NCBI GenBank assembly: GCA_035496255.1
Contig: DATJEU010000006.1
Location: 10,254-74,253 of the forward strand
From: Vicinamibacterales bacterium
GTDB lineage: Bacteria > Acidobacteriota > Vicinamibacteria > Vicinamibacterales > UBA2999
Reading direction: 5' to 3'
DNA length: 64,000 nucleotides
The position numbers and the translations under genes are program-made. Positions 44,627 to 53,696 of the stretch are shown one piece after another; position 1 is the first letter of the stretch; each line of letters opens with the position of its first letter. The notes beneath the pieces were generated by a model. The model worked only from the letters and a program-made list of their open reading frames with translations. It had not been told where the DNA came from and made no database searches.

Positions 44627-44998
44627 GTGGAGCGCCACGTCAAGCTGCTCGCAAACCTGTCCATGCTCTGGGGATCGCTGGCGATGCTCGCCGGCGTCTC
44701 GCTCCTGCTGCTGGCCGGGGGTGCGCTCGCCCAACTGATCGACCCGATTGGCGTCGCGGTTGGTCTGGCCGCGGGATTGACCGCCGGCGCCTTCGCCGTG
44801 CTCGGCACCTTTGCCGTCGGCTGGGGTGGCCTGCACCTGCTCGCCGCCCAATGGCTGAAACAGCGCAAGCCCGTGGGCCGGCTGCTGATGCTCGGCCTCG
44901 CCCTGACCGACCTGCTCGTGCTGCCGTTTGGGACCGCCCTCGGCATCTACGCCATGTGGGTGCTGCTCGTAAACGAGGGACGCCGGCTCTTTGAATGA
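44627..44998 (+). CDS. Small hydrophobic membrane protein (about 123 aa, 3-4 TM)
   Basis: GTG start 18 nt after the previous stop. Gly/Ala/Leu-rich TM segments. No recognisable domain. Confidence 0.5.
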   Translation: MERHVKLLANLSMLWGSLAMLAGVSLLLLAGGALAQLIDPIGVAVGLAAGLTAGAFAVLGTFAVGWGGLHLLAAQWLKQRKPVGRLLMLGLALTDLLVLPFGTALGIYAMWVLLVNEGRRLFE

Positions 44999-45004
44999 GT
45001 TCAT

Positions 45005-45135
45005 GGTGCGCTGGTGCCTGCGTTCGTGGGTGCCGGTTCGGGTTCGCAGGTGCTCAGGTGGTTCCCGGCTCTCGGCGAACGTGTGCACCCAAGAAACCGG
45101 GAACCCGAACACCAGAACCCACGCACCAACGCACC
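45005..45135 (+). other. Long nested imperfect inverted repeat (possible structured RNA/REP-like element) upstream of apbC
   Basis: Pairings 45005-17/45123-35 (12 of 13), 45025-31/45117-23 (7 of 7), 45036-45/45101-10 (10 of 10). Alternative pairing 45060-68/45097-105 (9 of 9). Confidence 0.5.
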
Positions 45136-45167
45136 CGGGACCCTGTGAACCGATAGAATTGAGAGAT

Positions 45168-46265
45168 ATGCCCTCGCCAGATCGCGACGCCGTGTTGACC
45201 GCGTTGCGCTCCGTCATCGACCCCGACATCCGGCGCGACATTGTCTCGCTCGGGTTCGTCAAGGATCTCGTCATCGACGCCGGCCGCGTCGCCTTCACGA
45301 TCGAGCTGACGACGCCGGCCTGTCCGGTGAAAGACCAGATGCGCGATCAGGCGATCGGCGCCGTTCGCGCGCTCGGTGTCGATACCGTCGATGTGCAGCT
45401 CACGGCGAAGGTGCGGTCGGCCAGCGCTCCGGAACGCGGCGGTCCGCCGCTGCCGGGCGTGAAGAACGTGATTGCCGTCGGAGCCGGCAAGGGTGGCGTC
45501 GGCAAGACCACCGTCGCCGTCAACCTCGCCCTTGCACTGGCGCGCTGCGGCAGCAAGGTCGGCATTCTCGACGGCGACATCTACGGTCCGAACGTCCCGA
45601 TGATGCTCGGCATCAGCACGCAGCTCACGACCAACGCGCAGCGCCAGATCGTCCCGGCCGAGAAGTACGGTCTGCAGGTGATCTCGATCGGCTTCCTGAC
45701 CAGCGACGATGCCCCGATCATCTGGCGCGGTCCGATGCTCCATGGCGCCATCCAGCAGTTTTTCAAGGAAGTCGCCTGGCAGGATCTCGATTACCTGATC
45801 ATCGACATGCCTCCCGGCACCGGCGACGTCGCGTTGAGTCTCAGTCAGACCGTCCCCGTCGTCGGCGCCATCGTCGTCACGACGCCGCAGCAGGTGTCGC
45901 TCGCGGACAGCCGGCGCGCGGTGCGCATGTATCAGAAGCTCAGTATCCCGACGCTCGGCGTGGTCGAGAACATGAGTTACTACGCGTGCCCCAACTGTCA
46001 TCACGAATCGGACATCTTCGGGCACGGCGGCGGCGAAGGCCTGGCGACGGAGATGGGCGTGCCGTTCCTCGGCCGCCTGCCGATCTACCAACCGATCCGC
46101 GAGGGCAGCGACACGGGCGTGCCGCTCGTCGTCGCGGAGCCGGCGTCGACTGCCGCCCGCGCGTTTCTCACCGTCGCCGAACGCTCGGCGGCGCAGGTCT
46201 CGATTGCCGCACAAAAGGCGATCGATGCAAACAAGGGCAAGATTCCCCTGATCCCCGTACGGTAG
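45168..46265 (+). CDS. apbC: Mrp/ApbC/NBP35-family Fe-S cluster carrier ATPase
   Basis: DUF59-like N-terminus VIDPDIRRDIVSLGFV, deviant Walker A GAGKGGVGKTT, and CPNC motif. Confidence 0.9.
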   Translation: MPSPDRDAVLTALRSVIDPDIRRDIVSLGFVKDLVIDAGRVAFTIELTTPACPVKDQMRDQAIGAVRALGVDTVDVQLTAKVRSASAPERGGPPLPGVKNVIAVGAGKGGVGKTTVAVNLALALARCGSKVGILDGDIYGPNVPMMLGISTQLTTNAQRQIVPAEKYGLQVISIGFLTSDDAPIIWRGPMLHGAIQQFFKEVAWQDLDYLIIDMPPGTGDVALSLSQTVPVVGAIVVTTPQQVSLADSRRAVRMYQKLSIPTLGVVENMSYYACPNCHHESDIFGHGGGEGLATEMGVPFLGRLPIYQPIREGSDTGVPLVVAEPASTAARAFLTVAERSAAQVSIAAQKAIDANKGKIPLIPVR

Positions 46266-47578
46266 TGACCGGCATCGCGCTGCCCTATACGAAGCGGACG
46301 CTTGCCAACGGGCTCGACGTGATCGTCCACGAGGACCATTACCTGCCGCTCGTCGCGGTGAACGTCTGGTATCACGTCGGGTCGAAGGACGAGCATCCGG
46401 GACGCACCGGGTTTGCCCACCTGTTCGAGCACCTGATGTTCGAAGGGTCCGAACACCACAACAAGGGTTACTTTCCGCCGCTGCAGCAGGCCGGCGCGCT
46501 GCTGAACGGATCGACGAATACCGACCGCACGAACTACTGGGAAGTGGTGCCGACGAGTGCGATCGATCTGGCGCTCTGGATGGAATCCGATCGCATGGGC
46601 TTCCTGCTGCCGGCGCTGACGCGCGACCGCTTCGAAACGCAGCGCGACGTCGTCCTCAACGAGCGGCGGCAGAACTACGAGAACCGGCCGTACGGATTCG
46701 CGCTGATGGCGATCATGGCGGCGCTCTATCCGGCCGAGCATCCGTACAACTGGATGACCATCGGCAGCGCCGACGACATCCGCACGATGCAGCTCGAGGA
46801 CGTCCAGGCGTTCTTCCGCACCTACTATCACCCGGCAAACGCCTCGCTCGTGCTGGCGGGCGATGTCGATGCGAGTCGCGCGTTCGATTTGGCCGAGCAC
46901 TACTTCGGTGAGATTCCGGCCGGCGCGAAACCGCGCCCGGTCACCGCGGCCGCGTCGCTCGACCGCGAACGCCGTCTGGTGCTGGAAGATCGCGTCGAAT
47001 TGGCGCGCGTGTACCTCGCGTGGCACTCGCCGGCGATGTTCGCCGAGCACGACGCGGAGATGGATCTCGCCGCCGACCTGCTGGCCAACGGCAAGACGTC
47101 ACGCCTGTATCGATCGCTCGTCTACGAGCGGCGCATTGCCGTGGACGTGTCCGGCTACCAGAGCTCGCGCGAGATCGGCGGGTTCTTCCTCCTGGTCGCG
47201 ACCGCTGCGCCGGGACAGGCGCTCAGCGATCTCGCGGCGCAGATCGACCGGACGATCGAGGAGTTGATCGAGGATGGTCCGACGGCGGCGGAAATGGAGC
47301 GCGCGGAGGCGCAGGCCGAGGCCCATTTCCTGTATCGCCTGCAGACCGTCGGCGGCTTCGGCGGCAAGTCCGATCAGTTGAACGCGTACAACGTCCTGTG
47401 CGGGACGCCCGGTTACTTCGCTGAGGACCTGGCGCGCTACCAGGCGGCCACCAGGGAGACCGTTCGTGCCGCGGCGAGGCACGTGCTTCGCTTCGACGCG
47501 CGGGTCGCGCTCAGCGTGGTTCCACGTGGCCAGCAGGCGCTGGCGCTTCCGGGTTCGGAGACGCTGGCGGTTTCGTGA
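46265..47578 (+). CDS. M16 zinc peptidase, catalytic-type subunit
   Basis: HxxEH motif HLFEH followed by MFEGS. GTG start shares one base with the apbC TAG stop. Confidence 0.85.
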   Translation: MTGIALPYTKRTLANGLDVIVHEDHYLPLVAVNVWYHVGSKDEHPGRTGFAHLFEHLMFEGSEHHNKGYFPPLQQAGALLNGSTNTDRTNYWEVVPTSAIDLALWMESDRMGFLLPALTRDRFETQRDVVLNERRQNYENRPYGFALMAIMAALYPAEHPYNWMTIGSADDIRTMQLEDVQAFFRTYYHPANASLVLAGDVDASRAFDLAEHYFGEIPAGAKPRPVTAAASLDRERRLVLEDRVELARVYLAWHSPAMFAEHDAEMDLAADLLANGKTSRLYRSLVYERRIAVDVSGYQSSREIGGFFLLVATAAPGQALSDLAAQIDRTIEELIEDGPTAAEMERAEAQAEAHFLYRLQTVGGFGGKSDQLNAYNVLCGTPGYFAEDLARYQAATRETVRAAARHVLRFDARVALSVVPRGQQALALPGSETLAVS

Positions 47579-48948
47579 TGGCGGTCGATCGCTCCCACCT
47601 TCCCGACGTCGGCCCGGATCCGTCATTCGCGTTTCCTTCCATCGTCCATCACACGCTGGCCAACGGGCTGCGCGTGCGCGCGGTGGAGCATCACAGCGTG
47701 CCAATCATCACGCTGGCGTTGCAGTTGGATGGTGGTTCGGGCGGCGACACACCGGGGAGGGAAGGCCTTGCCGCGCTGGTCGCGGACATGGTCGATGAAG
47801 GCACGGGCAGCCTCAACGCCATCGACGTGTCCGATGCGCTCGCGCGGATTGGCGGCGATTACGACATCGATGTTGGCCCTGACGCGACGACGTTTTCGCT
47901 CACCACGCTGACCCGATTCGCCGAACGCGGCGCGTCGCTGCTGGCGGCGATGGTGACGACGCCGGCGTTGCGCGACGCCGATTTCGAACGCGTGAAGCGT
48001 TTACGACTCGATCGGCTGCGCCAGCTCAAAGACAGTCCGCCGGCGCTGGCCGAGCGTGCCTTCCTGCGATTGATGTACGGGTCTCATCCTTACGGACACC
48101 TGCCGATCGGCGCCGACGAAACGCTGCGGCGGTTGACGCCGGCCGACGTGGCGACGCTGCACCGCGATCGCTTCGGGCCGGCGGCAGCGACGATGGTGGT
48201 CGCCGGTGCCATGGCCGCAGCTGATCTGATCGCGCTGGTCGACCGCGCGTTTGGTCAATGGAGTGCGGCGTCTGACGGCTCGCCTGAGACGCCGGCCTCG
48301 GCGCTCACCTCCTTTCCCATGCCGCCACGGCTCGCGCTCGTGGCCCGCGACGCTGCCGCACAATCGGAACTGCGCATCGGTCATCTCTCGGCCCGGCGCG
48401 ACACGCCTGACTATCCGGCGCTGCTGGTCATGAATGCGGTGCTCGGCGGTCAGTTCGTCAGCCGGATCAATCTGAAGCTGCGCGAAGAAAAGGGTTATAC
48501 CTACGGTGCGCGCACCGGCTTCGACTGGCACAAAGGGCTGTCGCCGTTCGCGCTGCAGGCGAGTGTGCACACGGTCTCGACCGTCGATGCGATTCGCGAT
48601 GCACTTGCGGAGCTGGAAGGTATTCGCGGCAATCGACCCCCGACGCCGCAGGAACTCGGACTCGCGAAGGCATCGTTGACGCGAGGTTATCCGCGGAATT
48701 TTGAAACGGCGCAGCAGGTCGCGCGTGCCGTGACCCAACTGGCGCTCCACGATCTGCCGGACACCTACTTCGCGGAATTCGTCCCTAAGGTCCACGCGGT
48801 CACTGCCGACGCGTTAGTCGCCGCTGCCCACACCTACCTCGATCCGTCGCGACTGACCACGCTGATCGTCGGCGACTACGCCGCGATTCGCGACACCCTG
48901 CCCAGTCTCAATCTCGGCGAACCGGAGCTGTTACCGATCGACGTGTGA
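47575..48948 (+). CDS. M16-family peptidase, non-catalytic partner
   Basis: M16 fold, but the motif position reads ALVADMVDEGT (no HxxEH). GTGA overlap with the upstream gene. Confidence 0.8.
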   Translation: MMAVDRSHLPDVGPDPSFAFPSIVHHTLANGLRVRAVEHHSVPIITLALQLDGGSGGDTPGREGLAALVADMVDEGTGSLNAIDVSDALARIGGDYDIDVGPDATTFSLTTLTRFAERGASLLAAMVTTPALRDADFERVKRLRLDRLRQLKDSPPALAERAFLRLMYGSHPYGHLPIGADETLRRLTPADVATLHRDRFGPAAATMVVAGAMAAADLIALVDRAFGQWSAASDGSPETPASALTSFPMPPRLALVARDAAAQSELRIGHLSARRDTPDYPALLVMNAVLGGQFVSRINLKLREEKGYTYGARTGFDWHKGLSPFALQASVHTVSTVDAIRDALAELEGIRGNRPPTPQELGLAKASLTRGYPRNFETAQQVARAVTQLALHDLPDTYFAEFVPKVHAVTADALVAAAHTYLDPSRLTTLIVGDYAAIRDTLPSLNLGEPELLPIDV

Positions 48949-48970
48949 GGACGTAGTCAGCTGGTGTGAA

Positions 48971-49255
48971 ATGACAGTTCACACCGCGTGCTACCCTAAG
49001 CCGCTCCGAGCAAAAGCGATGAGTTCTTCCTCAGCCGGCGTTGGCGACCTCGACGAGAAGTCCAGCCACGTAGCGAGCGTTGCCGTGCTCATCGGCATCG
49101 TCGCGGCCATCGTCGCCGGAGCGACCATCTGGCTCCTGCTCACCGACCCGGTCACGGTGGCTACCGCCGTCGAGAACGGCGAAGTGTCACCACTGGTCCG
49201 CCAGCTCGCCGACGTGATCTACAACGCGATCGTCGGGCTACTCGACTATCTCTAA
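48971..49255 (+). CDS. Small hypothetical protein with one TM helix
   Basis: VASVAVLIGIVAAIVAGATIWLLL hydrophobic segment. Start uncertain (ATG 48971 or ATG 49019). No domain recognised. Confidence 0.4.
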   Translation: MTVHTACYPKPLRAKAMSSSSAGVGDLDEKSSHVASVAVLIGIVAAIVAGATIWLLLTDPVTVATAVENGEVSPLVRQLADVIYNAIVGLLDYL

Positions 49256-49281
49256 GCTTTCAACCCCCAACGTCTGACGCT

Positions 49282-49370
49282 GCCACGACGCAAAGGCGAC
49301 GACCACGACGAAAGCCTTTTAACCTGTCAGCTGGCGTGACCGTCGTGTAATTCGTCGTGACCATCGTGGC
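49282..49370. repeat. Inverted arrangement of CGTCGTGAC-type units (hairpin between convergent genes)
   Basis: CCACGACG / CGACGACCACGACG on the left arm and CGTGACCGTCGTG / TTCGTCGTGACCATCGTGG on the right arm. Same unit as the tandem repeat at 28760. Confidence 0.55.
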
Positions 49371-49385
49371 CTCTTTCGCGAAACG

Positions 49386-50414
49386 CTATAGCGCCTTCCG
49401 CAGGAACGTAATCAGGACGTAGGCGTCGAGGAATTTGAACGGCGTGGAACCGATGCTGTAGTGACCACACGGCATCGCGGCGACTTCCACCGGCAGGTCG
49501 CGGCGGACCCATTCATTCACCAGCTTTTCCGACAGATCGAGAGGAAACGTCAGGTCGTACTTCGCATACACGAGCAGCGTGCTGGTTCGGCCGGCGCGAT
49601 CGAGGTACGACCACGGGCTGATCGGCCGCCAGAGATGGCGCAGCGTCTCGAGATCGATGTGGCCGTCCAGTCCCTCGCGGACGTGTCGCGTCGACAGCCC
49701 TCGCCACACCACGTCGGCGAAGAACGGCGAGACGTGGTTGAGCGCTTGCGCCTTGATCAACGGTTCGTGCGCCGACGTCAGCATCGAGAGACACGATCCG
49801 AGGCTGGTGCCGAGGATGCCGATGCGTTCGAATCCCTGCTGATGCAGCCACGCGACCGCCCTCCTCGCATCGAGCACCGCCTGACGACACACCTGCAGTG
49901 TGCGGACGATGTTGGAGCTGACGATGAAGTCGGCGCGCGTAAGCTCGGGCGGCATGCGCACGTCGTGATAGGGAAGGCTCAGACGGAGCGCAGACACGCC
50001 GAAGCGCGCGAGCAGCCGCGCGAGCCCGAGGTGGCCTCCCGCATCGGAGTTCCACTGCGGCAGCACGACCACGGCGCGCCTGCGTTCTCTGGCGGGGAAC
50101 CACCGTGCGGTCACGATGTTGTTCTGCGGATGCGGAGTGACCAGTGCCGACGGAAAGCGCAGCGTGCCTGCCTCGCCCTTGACCTGCAGGTCCGGCGATG
50201 CGGGCGTCAACGCGTAATCATCCGTCGGCGGGCAGGAGAAGAACGCGTCCGTGTCGCGCATGACGTCATCGACCCAGCGCGCGACTTCCTGCGGCGACTC
50301 GCCGGTTGTCGGGCCGCCGATCCAGTCGGTGCCCCACTCGAACGGCCGGACCAGCCGATCCTTGCTGACGTCGGCGAGCCGCCGTTCCCAGGCGTGGAAG
50401 AAACGCGAGATCAC
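49386..50414 (-). CDS. Alpha/beta-fold hydrolase
   Basis: Nucleophile elbow GILGTSLGS; candidate Asp (YAKYDLTFP) and His (PCGHYS). Start uncertain (GTG 50414 or GTG 50486). Confidence 0.7.
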   Translation of the reverse strand: MISRFFHAWERRLADVSKDRLVRPFEWGTDWIGGPTTGESPQEVARWVDDVMRDTDAFFSCPPTDDYALTPASPDLQVKGEAGTLRFPSALVTPHPQNNIVTARWFPARERRRAVVVLPQWNSDAGGHLGLARLLARFGVSALRLSLPYHDVRMPPELTRADFIVSSNIVRTLQVCRQAVLDARRAVAWLHQQGFERIGILGTSLGSCLSMLTSAHEPLIKAQALNHVSPFFADVVWRGLSTRHVREGLDGHIDLETLRHLWRPISPWSYLDRAGRTSTLLVYAKYDLTFPLDLSEKLVNEWVRRDLPVEVAAMPCGHYSIGSTPFKFLDAYVLITFLRKAL

Positions 50415-50583
50415 GAGCTGGTTTCGAGGTTGCAGGCGTCGAGGGTATGTTCGAGCACCCGCGCAAGCCGGACGTGCCGGGGCCACCGGAAAGACCGGAC
50501 ATCGTGGACGAGCAGCCGCCGGACATCAGCCCGGCGCCGCCGCCCGACATTCCGCCGGAGTCGTTGCCCGATCGTCCGGGACC

Positions 50584-51960
50584 TCAGCGCGACGTCCCCG
50601 GACCGAAGTAGGGTTCGAGAGCTGCCGCGACTCCGAGCAATGCCCGTGTGTCTCCGTCCGGACCGACGAGCTGCGCGCCGATCGGCAGCCCTTCAGCCGT
50701 CTTCCCGCACGGCAGCGTGATCGCCGGGTGGCCGGTGACGTTGAAGAGCTGTGTCAACCGCAACGTGATGTTCCGCACCGGCTCCTCGTTGGCCCCCACT
50801 TTCACTTTGGTGACGCCGAGCCGCGTTGCCGGAACGGGTACCGACGGCAGCAGCAGCGCATCGCGTCCCTGGATCGCGGCGTTGACTTCTGCGCGCAAGA
50901 CGTCGCGCCCGTTCAAGGCACGCACGTAGTCTTCGGCGAGGATGTAGCGGCCCATTTCCAGGCGCAGACGAACGTTCGGCGTGTAATCGTCGCCACGGCT
51001 CTCGAGTGCCTTCGCGTGGTACGCCGCCGCTTCGGCGAGCGCGATGTGCAGGTACACCGGGGCGATGTCGCTCGCGTGGGGGATGGAGACGGTGTCGAGC
51101 GCGGCGCCTGCCTCCTGCAACCGCAGGCAGGCCGACTCGAACGCGGCGGCGACCTGCGGGTCGAGGATGGCGGTGAAGTAGTCGCGCAGGACGCCGATGC
51201 GCATGCCGCCCGCTGACCGGGATGGCGCACGGTTCTGCGCCGCATCGCTCGGGCGGGCCACCTTCCCCCGCAGCGCTTCGTATAGCAACCCCGCATCCGC
51301 GACCGACCGGCAGAGTGGTCCCACGTGATCGAGCGTCGTACTCAAGGGCACACATCCCTCGGTGCTGATCTCGCCGATGGCCGGTTTCAGGCCAACCAGT
51401 CCACAGACGGCCGCGGGAATCCGGATCGATCCGCCGGTGTCCGTACCGATCGATGCAAACGCCATGTCGGCGAGAATCGATGCCGCCGATCCGCCGGACG
51501 ATCCACCCGGCGATCGAGCGGGATCGAGCGGATGGTGCACCGGCCCGAAGGCGCTCTCCTCGTTCGTGGTGCCGAGTGCGAACTCGTGCAGGTTCGTCTT
51601 GCCGATGATGACGGCGCCGGCGTCGCGCAGGCGCGCCACGACCGGCGCGTCCGTCGCGGCCAGCCGATCATCACGCACCCGCGACGCCGCCGTCGTCCGT
51701 GTGTCGCGCACATCGAACAGATCCTTGATCGAGATCGGGACGCCGTGGAGGGAGCCGCGATCTCGTCCGGACGCCAGCTCGCGATCCGCCATCCGCGCGG
51801 TTTCGCGCGCGCCGTCCGCGAGCACGGTGATGAAGGCGTTGATCGCAGGATCGCGCTGGACGATCTCGGCGAGGCAGCGTTCGGTGGCGGCTTCGGCGCT
51901 GGTCTCGCCGGCACGAATCGCCCGGGCGAGATCGGTAATGGTCTGGGCGCTAGCGGGCAT
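50584..51960 (-). CDS. Amidase-signature (GatA-like) amidase
   Basis: 458 aa. Signature GGSSGGSAA and the upstream KDLFDV / GKTNLHEFA blocks. Confidence 0.9.
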   Translation of the reverse strand: MPASAQTITDLARAIRAGETSAEAATERCLAEIVQRDPAINAFITVLADGARETARMADRELASGRDRGSLHGVPISIKDLFDVRDTRTTAASRVRDDRLAATDAPVVARLRDAGAVIIGKTNLHEFALGTTNEESAFGPVHHPLDPARSPGGSSGGSAASILADMAFASIGTDTGGSIRIPAAVCGLVGLKPAIGEISTEGCVPLSTTLDHVGPLCRSVADAGLLYEALRGKVARPSDAAQNRAPSRSAGGMRIGVLRDYFTAILDPQVAAAFESACLRLQEAGAALDTVSIPHASDIAPVYLHIALAEAAAYHAKALESRGDDYTPNVRLRLEMGRYILAEDYVRALNGRDVLRAEVNAAIQGRDALLLPSVPVPATRLGVTKVKVGANEEPVRNITLRLTQLFNVTGHPAITLPCGKTAEGLPIGAQLVGPDGDTRALLGVAAALEPYFGPGTSR

Positions 51961-52129
51961 CCGTACGGGTCGTGGTTGTCTCGAACTGTCCGGTGGCGTC
52001 CGCGTTCCAGTCGGCGGATCGCAGCGACGCCGTCGCGCGCGCGAGCGTCTCCAGGAGCGGCTTCAAGGCCGGAAGACCTCGGCGATCAGCCTCCTGCGTC
52101 GCGATATCAAGCCACGTTTTGATGGTCAT
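51950..52129 (-). CDS. Small protein preceding and overlapping the amidase (AtzG/GatC-like or DUF4089-like candidate)
   Basis: 59 aa from the ATG of MTIKTWLDIATQEADRRGLPALKPLLETLARATASLRSADW. 11-nt overlap with the amidase start. The family call is from memory only. Confidence 0.4.
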   Translation of the reverse strand: MTIKTWLDIATQEADRRGLPALKPLLETLARATASLRSADWNADATGQFETTTTRTDAR

Positions 52130-52217
52130 CGATCCAATTGTGCACTGGACCCGACTGGCTAAATGGGATCCAATGTCGAATTGCATCACTGATCCGGTGA
52201 ATACTCAAATCTCAGTG

Positions 52218-53672
52218 ATGCCCGTCGATTCTCCTATGTTCAGAGCCACCAAGATCATCGCCACGCTGGGCCCGGTGAGCGACAGTGAGGATGGAATTGC
52301 GGCGCTAATCGGCGCGGGCGTCGATGTGTTCCGTCTGAATTTCTCGCATGGCACGCACGAGAGTCATGGCGCCGCGATTCAGCGCGTTCGCCGGGCGGCC
52401 GAGCGGGCCGGACGCTGCATTGCCATCATGCAGGACCTCAGCGGCCCGAAGATCCGCACCGGGTTGCTGCGCGGGCACGCGCCCATCGAGCTTCGTGCGG
52501 GCGATGAGCTGCGCATCGTCGTCGGCGAGTTCGCTGGCGAGACCAGTGGCACCGGCGTCGCGCGCGTGTCGACCACATACGAGGCGTTGCCATCCATCGT
52601 CCAACCCGGAGGCACGCTGTTGCTCGACGATGGGCACATTCAGCTCCGGATCGAGGACGTTGCCGTCGGCGAGATTCGAACCACCGTGATCGACGGTGGC
52701 AGCCTGGGCGAGCACAAGGGAATCAACGCGCCGGGCGCGACCTTTCCCTCGGGCGCGCTGACCGCGAAAGACGCCGCCGATCTCGCCTTCGGTGTGTCTG
52801 CCGGCGTGGACTGGATCGCGTTGAGCTTCGTGCAGAGTGAGGCGGACCTCGTCGCCGCACGGGACGCGCTCACGAAAGCGGGAGCACCGCAGCTCCCATT
52901 GGTCGCGAAGCTCGAGCGGCCGCAGGCGCTCACCTGTCTCGACGACATCCTGCGCGTGGCTGACGCGGTGATGGTGGCCCGCGGCGACCTGGGGCTCGAG
53001 GTCCCGTTGGAACGGGTCCCACGAATTCAGAAGGAGATCACCCGCCGGGCGCGCGCCGTCGGCGTCCCGGTCATCGTGGCCACGCAGGTACTCGAGTCGA
53101 TGCGTGTCGAGCCGCGACCCACCCGCGCCGAGGTGAGTGACGCGGCAAATGCCGTCGACGATCGCGTGGATGCCATCATGCTCGCCGGCGAGACGGCGTC
53201 GGGACGATTTCCGGTGAAGGCGGTGCAGACGCTCGACGCCGTGATCCGCGACGCCGAGGCGATCGACGCCCGCGGCACCATAGTGGTGGAAGATACCCAC
53301 CTGCTGAGCGGTCACGGTCGGGCCCTCTGCGATGCGGCGGTCACGCTGGCGGAGCATGCGGGCGCCAAGGCGATCGTTGCGATCACGCGCGGCGGAAAAA
53401 CCGCGAGAGTGCTGTCCACACTTCGGCCGCATGTGCCGGTCTTCGGCGCCACCGACGCGCCGGCGATCTCCAGGCGCCTGGCGCTGGCGTGGGGCGTGAT
53501 GCCGGTGTTGACCGATTTGACGGGCGATGTTTCCGAGGCGGCGAGCCGGCTCGGTCACGAGCTGGTGCAGCGCCGTGCCATCGAGACGGGCGTCGCGCTC
53601 GTCTTCGTCAGCATCAATCCCGACCTGGAGAAGGGGCCGTCGAACTTCGTGAAGATTCATCGGGTGGAGTAG
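52218..53672 (+). CDS. pyk: Pyruvate kinase
   Basis: Motifs KIIATLGP, FRLNFSHG, MVARGDLGLEVP and VATQVLESM. Start at the ATG of MPVDSPMF (alternative ATG 52236). Confidence 0.92.
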   Translation: MPVDSPMFRATKIIATLGPVSDSEDGIAALIGAGVDVFRLNFSHGTHESHGAAIQRVRRAAERAGRCIAIMQDLSGPKIRTGLLRGHAPIELRAGDELRIVVGEFAGETSGTGVARVSTTYEALPSIVQPGGTLLLDDGHIQLRIEDVAVGEIRTTVIDGGSLGEHKGINAPGATFPSGALTAKDAADLAFGVSAGVDWIALSFVQSEADLVAARDALTKAGAPQLPLVAKLERPQALTCLDDILRVADAVMVARGDLGLEVPLERVPRIQKEITRRARAVGVPVIVATQVLESMRVEPRPTRAEVSDAANAVDDRVDAIMLAGETASGRFPVKAVQTLDAVIRDAEAIDARGTIVVEDTHLLSGHGRALCDAAVTLAEHAGAKAIVAITRGGKTARVLSTLRPHVPVFGATDAPAISRRLALAWGVMPVLTDLTGDVSEAASRLGHELVQRRAIETGVALVFVSINPDLEKGPSNFVKIHRVE

Positions 53673-53696
53673 CAGAGGAGCTGGACTCCGCTTCTC

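Noticed and set aside
50266-50550. ORF beginning MSGGGAGLMSGGCSSTMSGLSGGPG (reiterated MSGG) in the amidase/hydrolase gap
   Set aside because: The reiteration comes from a CCGGACAT-like DNA repeat. The ORF then runs out of frame across the hydrolase N-terminus with Arg-rich text. There is no Shine-Dalgarno or promoter. Treated as chance, although the short DNA repeat itself is real.
52305-53660. 451-aa minus-strand ORF opposite pyruvate kinase
   Set aside because: It is antisense to a gene carrying all the pyruvate kinase motifs.
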